Shown piece by piece: positions 60,001 through 64,000 of a stretch of 64,000 nt of DNA. Location: positions 372,001 through 436,000 of the forward strand of contig OZ251255.1 of assembly GCA_965240325.2 (NCBI GenBank), given 5' to 3'. The notes below the pieces were generated by a model, which saw only the letters and a program-made list of their open reading frames with translations, made no database searches and was not told the origin of the DNA. This stretch comes from Rebecca billardiae RCC1528. Taxonomy: Eukaryota > Protista > Haptophyta. Each line of letters begins with the position of its first letter. The first letter of the stretch is position 1. The translations under genes and the position numbers were made by a program.

Positions 60001-63000
60001 CGCCGCGACGTCGTGTGCGCCTGCGTGCGCCCACACGTGGGAGGCCGCGTTCGGAGCGGCGCCGCCCGAGCCCCTCGCGCCGCCACTGCCCTCGGCGGGC
60101 ACGGCGGGCGACGCGTGCGCGCGCGCCAGCTCGGCGGGGGCGGCGGCGGCGCGCGCAAACTGTGCCAGCACCTTGCCCGTCGTCGCGCTGGACGCGCCGA
60201 ATGCGTCACCGGCCGTCTCGCTGAGCGTGGGCCACGGTGCTGACAGGCCGCGACTGCACATGAACATGGCTGCCCTGCCCCGACCGATGCCAGGTATGCG
60301 CTGCAACGCCGCGAGCACTGCGGCGCTGTCGTCAGCGAGGCGCGCGTACGCCGACTCGGACTCCGCCGCCTCCGCCGGTGGCTCTGCCGCGCCCGCGCGC
60401 GCCCGAGGGACTCGCGCACCCGGTGGCGGTGGCGCGTGGGCGCCGGGCCACGGGGGGCGGAAGGGATGCTCAGTCGCCGCCAGCGGTACTGTGTCGCCCG
60501 TGGCCGGCAGCGGCTCCGCGGCGTGCGCGCGCGCGCGCGCGGCGGGCGTCGTGCCGGCGTCCGCGCCACTGCGCGGGCCCGTCGTGCCCTCAGGCGGTGC
60601 GGCCGGCCGCTGCGTGGCGGCGTTTGGCATCGGTGCCGTCGCGAAGCCCATGCGTACGCCGGTGCCGCCAAGTGCCTGCGAGGCGATCGCGCGCGCGCAG
60701 TGCCGGCGCGGGCCGCCGCGCGCGCCCGCGCCCGCCGCGGCGGCGCCGTCGCGCGTCTGGGCGGCCGCCGGCTGCGCGCGCCCGGGCGCGGGCGCCGCCG
60801 CGCCGCGGCCCCCGCGGCCGCCTGCGCGGCCCCCGCGCGCGCCTGCGGTGCGCGCGGGGTCGCCGCGCGCGGCCCCACCGCCGTGCTGTCCGCGCATACG
60901 GTGGTATGGCACGTCCTCCGGCCTCGCGCCGCGCGGCCCGTCGGGCGCCGCCGCCTCGCCCGCCGCGGCTGCGCGCGCTTCGCGCAGGCGCTTCCACGCC
61001 CCCGCGACGAGCAGGAAGTAGCAGCACGTGCACATGTACAGCCCGCTGTCCAGCGCGCCGAGGTGCCACACATACTTGCACTGCGCGGGCGAGTGGATGA
61101 AGCAGGCGCAGCCCTGGCACGCCAGTCGGGGGTCGATCGGCGGCGAGTCCGCCGGCCACGCCGCGCTGAGGTCCGCGGCCTCGGGGTCGAAACACGCGCA
61201 GCAGCGCAGTTGCGCGGCGGCGGTCGTGCCGGCCGTGTACGTGGCAAAGTGGCGACGTCGCTGGTTCGCAACCACACCCTCGCGGAGCGGGCCGGCCACG
61301 CGCACGAGCACGTTAGTGTCGTCGAGCACGTGCGTGTGCGCGATGCCGTACAGGTGCTCCGGCAGCCCCTCGAGCACACGCGCGAGCTCGTCGCGGTGCG
61401 CTTCGCGCACGCGCCGGGCGAAGTCGCCGTCCGGGGCTTGCTCCCTCAAGGGGCGCACGTACGACGCCGCGGATTTGCCCAACTGCACGCGCGGCGCGCG
61501 CGCGCGCGGTGCGCGCGGGTGGCGCGCCCCGGCGCGGCCCTCCCAGAACGCCAGCCGTCGCGCCGAGGACGCGGGCCTGCCCACGCGCGCGGGCACCGCT
61601 GGCATGGCCACGTACTTTTCGAGCAGGGCGCGCTTGGCGAGAGCGGGCAGCAGCAGAGCCGCAATGGCGTCCTCCAGGCGCTGGGGCGGTGTGATGACGT
61701 CGAGCTTGGTGATGGCCACGACGCGCCCGAGCGTGTCCACCCGGGTGTCGTTGGCGTCGCGCTCGACCCGAAGGCCCACCTGCGCGAACCACGTCTCGCA
61801 GCGCAGGTCCTGGGGCAAGCACGTGCCCATGGCACGGCCGACGGAGGTCGCCACGCGGCAGAAGTGCATGCACGGCAGGCGCTTGCGGCGCAGCAACGCG
61901 CAGCACCGGAACTCGTCGAGGTACACGTGGCGCGGCGCCGAGCCGTCCGTGGTGTTGAGCATGCGCAGGGCACCTGCGTGCGGCCCGTCGAGGACACGGT
62001 GCACTTCCACCTGAGAGAGCGTGCGCGCCGTGCTCACCTGCTGGCGCACGTATTCCAGGTGCCGTGGCGGCAACCCGTGCACCTCATCATCGGCGTCGGG
62101 CTTCAGGGCGTGGCGCACGGCGACGCTGCGGTGCGTCGCGTAGAGGCGAAAGAGGTTGTCGTGCAGGTCGAGCAGCATCCACACCGGGCCCTGCGCCTTG
62201 CGCACCGGCAGCAGCCAGTGCATGAAGGACTCCGCCGGCGCGGACGTCACGTAGCCGCGCAGGGACACCGGCGCGAAGCACGGGAAGAGCTCCTCGCGGG
62301 GGATGACGTCGAGGATGCGCTTGGCCGACTCTGGCATCTCCACCCAGGCGGCCTCCCACACCTCCTCGGTCAACGCGTCCACGCACGCGTCGAACACGCG
62401 CAGGATGGTGGGCACCTCGTTCGCCGAGTGTGCGTAGCCCGTGATGAAGGTCTGGCGCTTGTGGAACGTGCACAGGAAGAGGTGCCTGCGCGGGCACAGC
62501 AGCTTCCACGCGCCGCGCAGGCCCTTCTGGCCGTCCGAGATGGTGACGCCGTTGGGGTCGTCCCACACAGCCGCCCCGCCGAGGTGCTGCATGAGGTATC
62601 CGACGTGCGCGCACCACGAGTCCAGGCACTCCACGTCGACGATGTACGACACGCACAAGACGAACAGCTGCCGGTTGGCGTTCACGGCCAGCGTGACGAA
62701 GAGCATGCCTGCGTCGCGCGCGTGCGTGCGCGCGGGCAGGTCAGACGGGCGGGCGCTGAGGCGGCACGGACGCACGCGGCGTCGCGAGGGCGTGCCCGGG
62801 TGCGGCGGGCGCGCGCACCCGCGCGCTTCGCGCCACCGCTGGCGGGGCGGTGCAGGAAGCACGCGTCGCTGAACGCGGCCGTGTTGCCCTTCGCGTGAAA
62901 GTGCTCGCGGTAAAGCGCCTTGGCCTGCTTGGGCACGTAGTGGAAGCCACCCACTGCCTTCTTGCCGCGCACGTCAGCCAGCGCCTTCTGCACCTCCGCC

Positions 63001-64000
63001 GCGTCGGGGTTGAAGGCCGCGCGCTGCGCGCCCGCCGGCAGCCCCTGCTGCACCTCGTCGTGCACGCGGCCGAACATGGCCAGCAGCGCGTCCTCGACCG
63101 AGTTCTCGTGGAAGATGATGGGAGCGACCTCGTTGCCCTCCTGCGACAGCGACGCGCACACGGCCACGAGGTCGCGCGACATGGCCGTGTCGTCCCCGTA
63201 GATCTCGGCGCGCGCTTCTTTGTGCGCTCGCGCGATGAGCGATTCACCCATGGGGAGCTCTGCGTCCAGCTGGCGCGCGACCTCTCGTGCTTGCTGCGGG
63301 CCGTAGCACAGCTGCGCGTGCGTGGTCCCGCGCCGGGCCAAGCGCGCCTTCCAGTCCTCGACGATCGCCCGCCCGAGCTCGTGTTGGGAGTACGGCGTCG
63401 TGCGCACGCCCGGCTGGTTGGTCGGGCGCGGCAGCGAGCCGATGGGGTGTTCCTCGGACCCCTTGCCCATGCGCAGGTTGCGGCACATGGAGCCGTGCGC
63501 GACCGAGCGTTGCACGGCCCACGGCGGCGCGCCAAACGTGTCCACGTACTTCGACGGGCCCACCACCACCACGGACGGGCACCCGGGCGTGGGGCATCCG
63601 ATCGTCAGCTTGGCGCGGTCGACGCGCCGCGTCGGCGGCATGGCCCCCCGGTGCAGCGCGCACTCCAAGGCGTGCGTGAGCGCGTCGGCGAGGCGCGGGT
63701 ACACCTGGCGCACCATCGGGGGCTCGAGCAGGGTGGCGTCCGCCTTCACCTGGGAGTACGGGCGCGGCGCCCGCAAGCCCATTTTCCTCCACAGTGCCAG
63801 GGGCCGGAGCTCGAGGCGGTGCGCTGCCGCCGACGTGCTCGCCGAGGTGCTCGACGGCGCGGAGTAGCGGAAGTACCCGGCGTCACCGCCGTGGTGCAGC
63901 GACTCCGGCGCAACAAGCCGGGCGCCGGCCTGGCCGGCGCGGGGCTCGGCGGGACCGGTGGAGGGCGGCTGCGCGCGAGCGACGATGGGTGGACACGGCA
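57067..64000 (-). CDS. MULE (MudrA-like) transposase fused to SWIM, PHD-like, HhH and tandem OTU domains; 5' partial
   Basis: Zn-finger CPTPGC..W....AHGSMC; intron 62818-62709 gives FSDACFL..GMLFVTLAVNANRQL, ISDGQKGL, LCTFH, TSAPAESF (DDE); SWIM CC..RLPCMH; frame open to the window edge. Confidence 0.93.

Larger units (their letters stand above)
50950..64000. mobile_element. Giant two-gene Mutator/MULE element; left boundary approximate, right end outside the window
   Basis: MULE transposase (minus) and convergent accessory gene (plus); non-coding terminus-like segment 50950-51430 after an AT-rich spacer; TIR/TSD not verifiable. Confidence 0.7.

Overview
Very GC-rich eukaryotic nuclear DNA with GT-AG introns full of (CG)n runs. 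A chlorophyll a/c light-harvesting gene with a signal peptide points to a secondary-red-plastid alga; a Pavlovales-like haptophyte is an inference, not confirmed. Host genes: a multi-TM/LRR protein, an EGF+GH16 glucanase, a large hypothetical protein, an Lhcr-type LHC, a PLAC8 protein, a coiled-coil protein, cytochrome c1, NUS1 head-to-head with a TPT-family transporter, and an RTX-repeat surface protein. Nearly half the window is mobile DNA, and most element ends could be resolved by eye: a hAT MITE (8-bp TSD); a nested pile at 22.6-29.3 kb (LINE RT-thumb fragment, interrupted by a long-TIR foldback element with 4-bp TSD that itself holds an OTU-protease fragment plus a 25-bp array, and by a 7-bp-TSD element); a CACAG-ended element (2-bp TSD) whose right end occurs twice; and tail-less 5'-truncated retroposon snippets. 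The most striking feature is a giant two-gene Mutator-like element (>13 kb, runs off the right edge). Its transposase is fused to PHD-like, HhH, pseudo-OTU and apparently intact OTU domains, and it faces a convergent accessory gene. All domain calls are motif recognition by eye; no searches were run.
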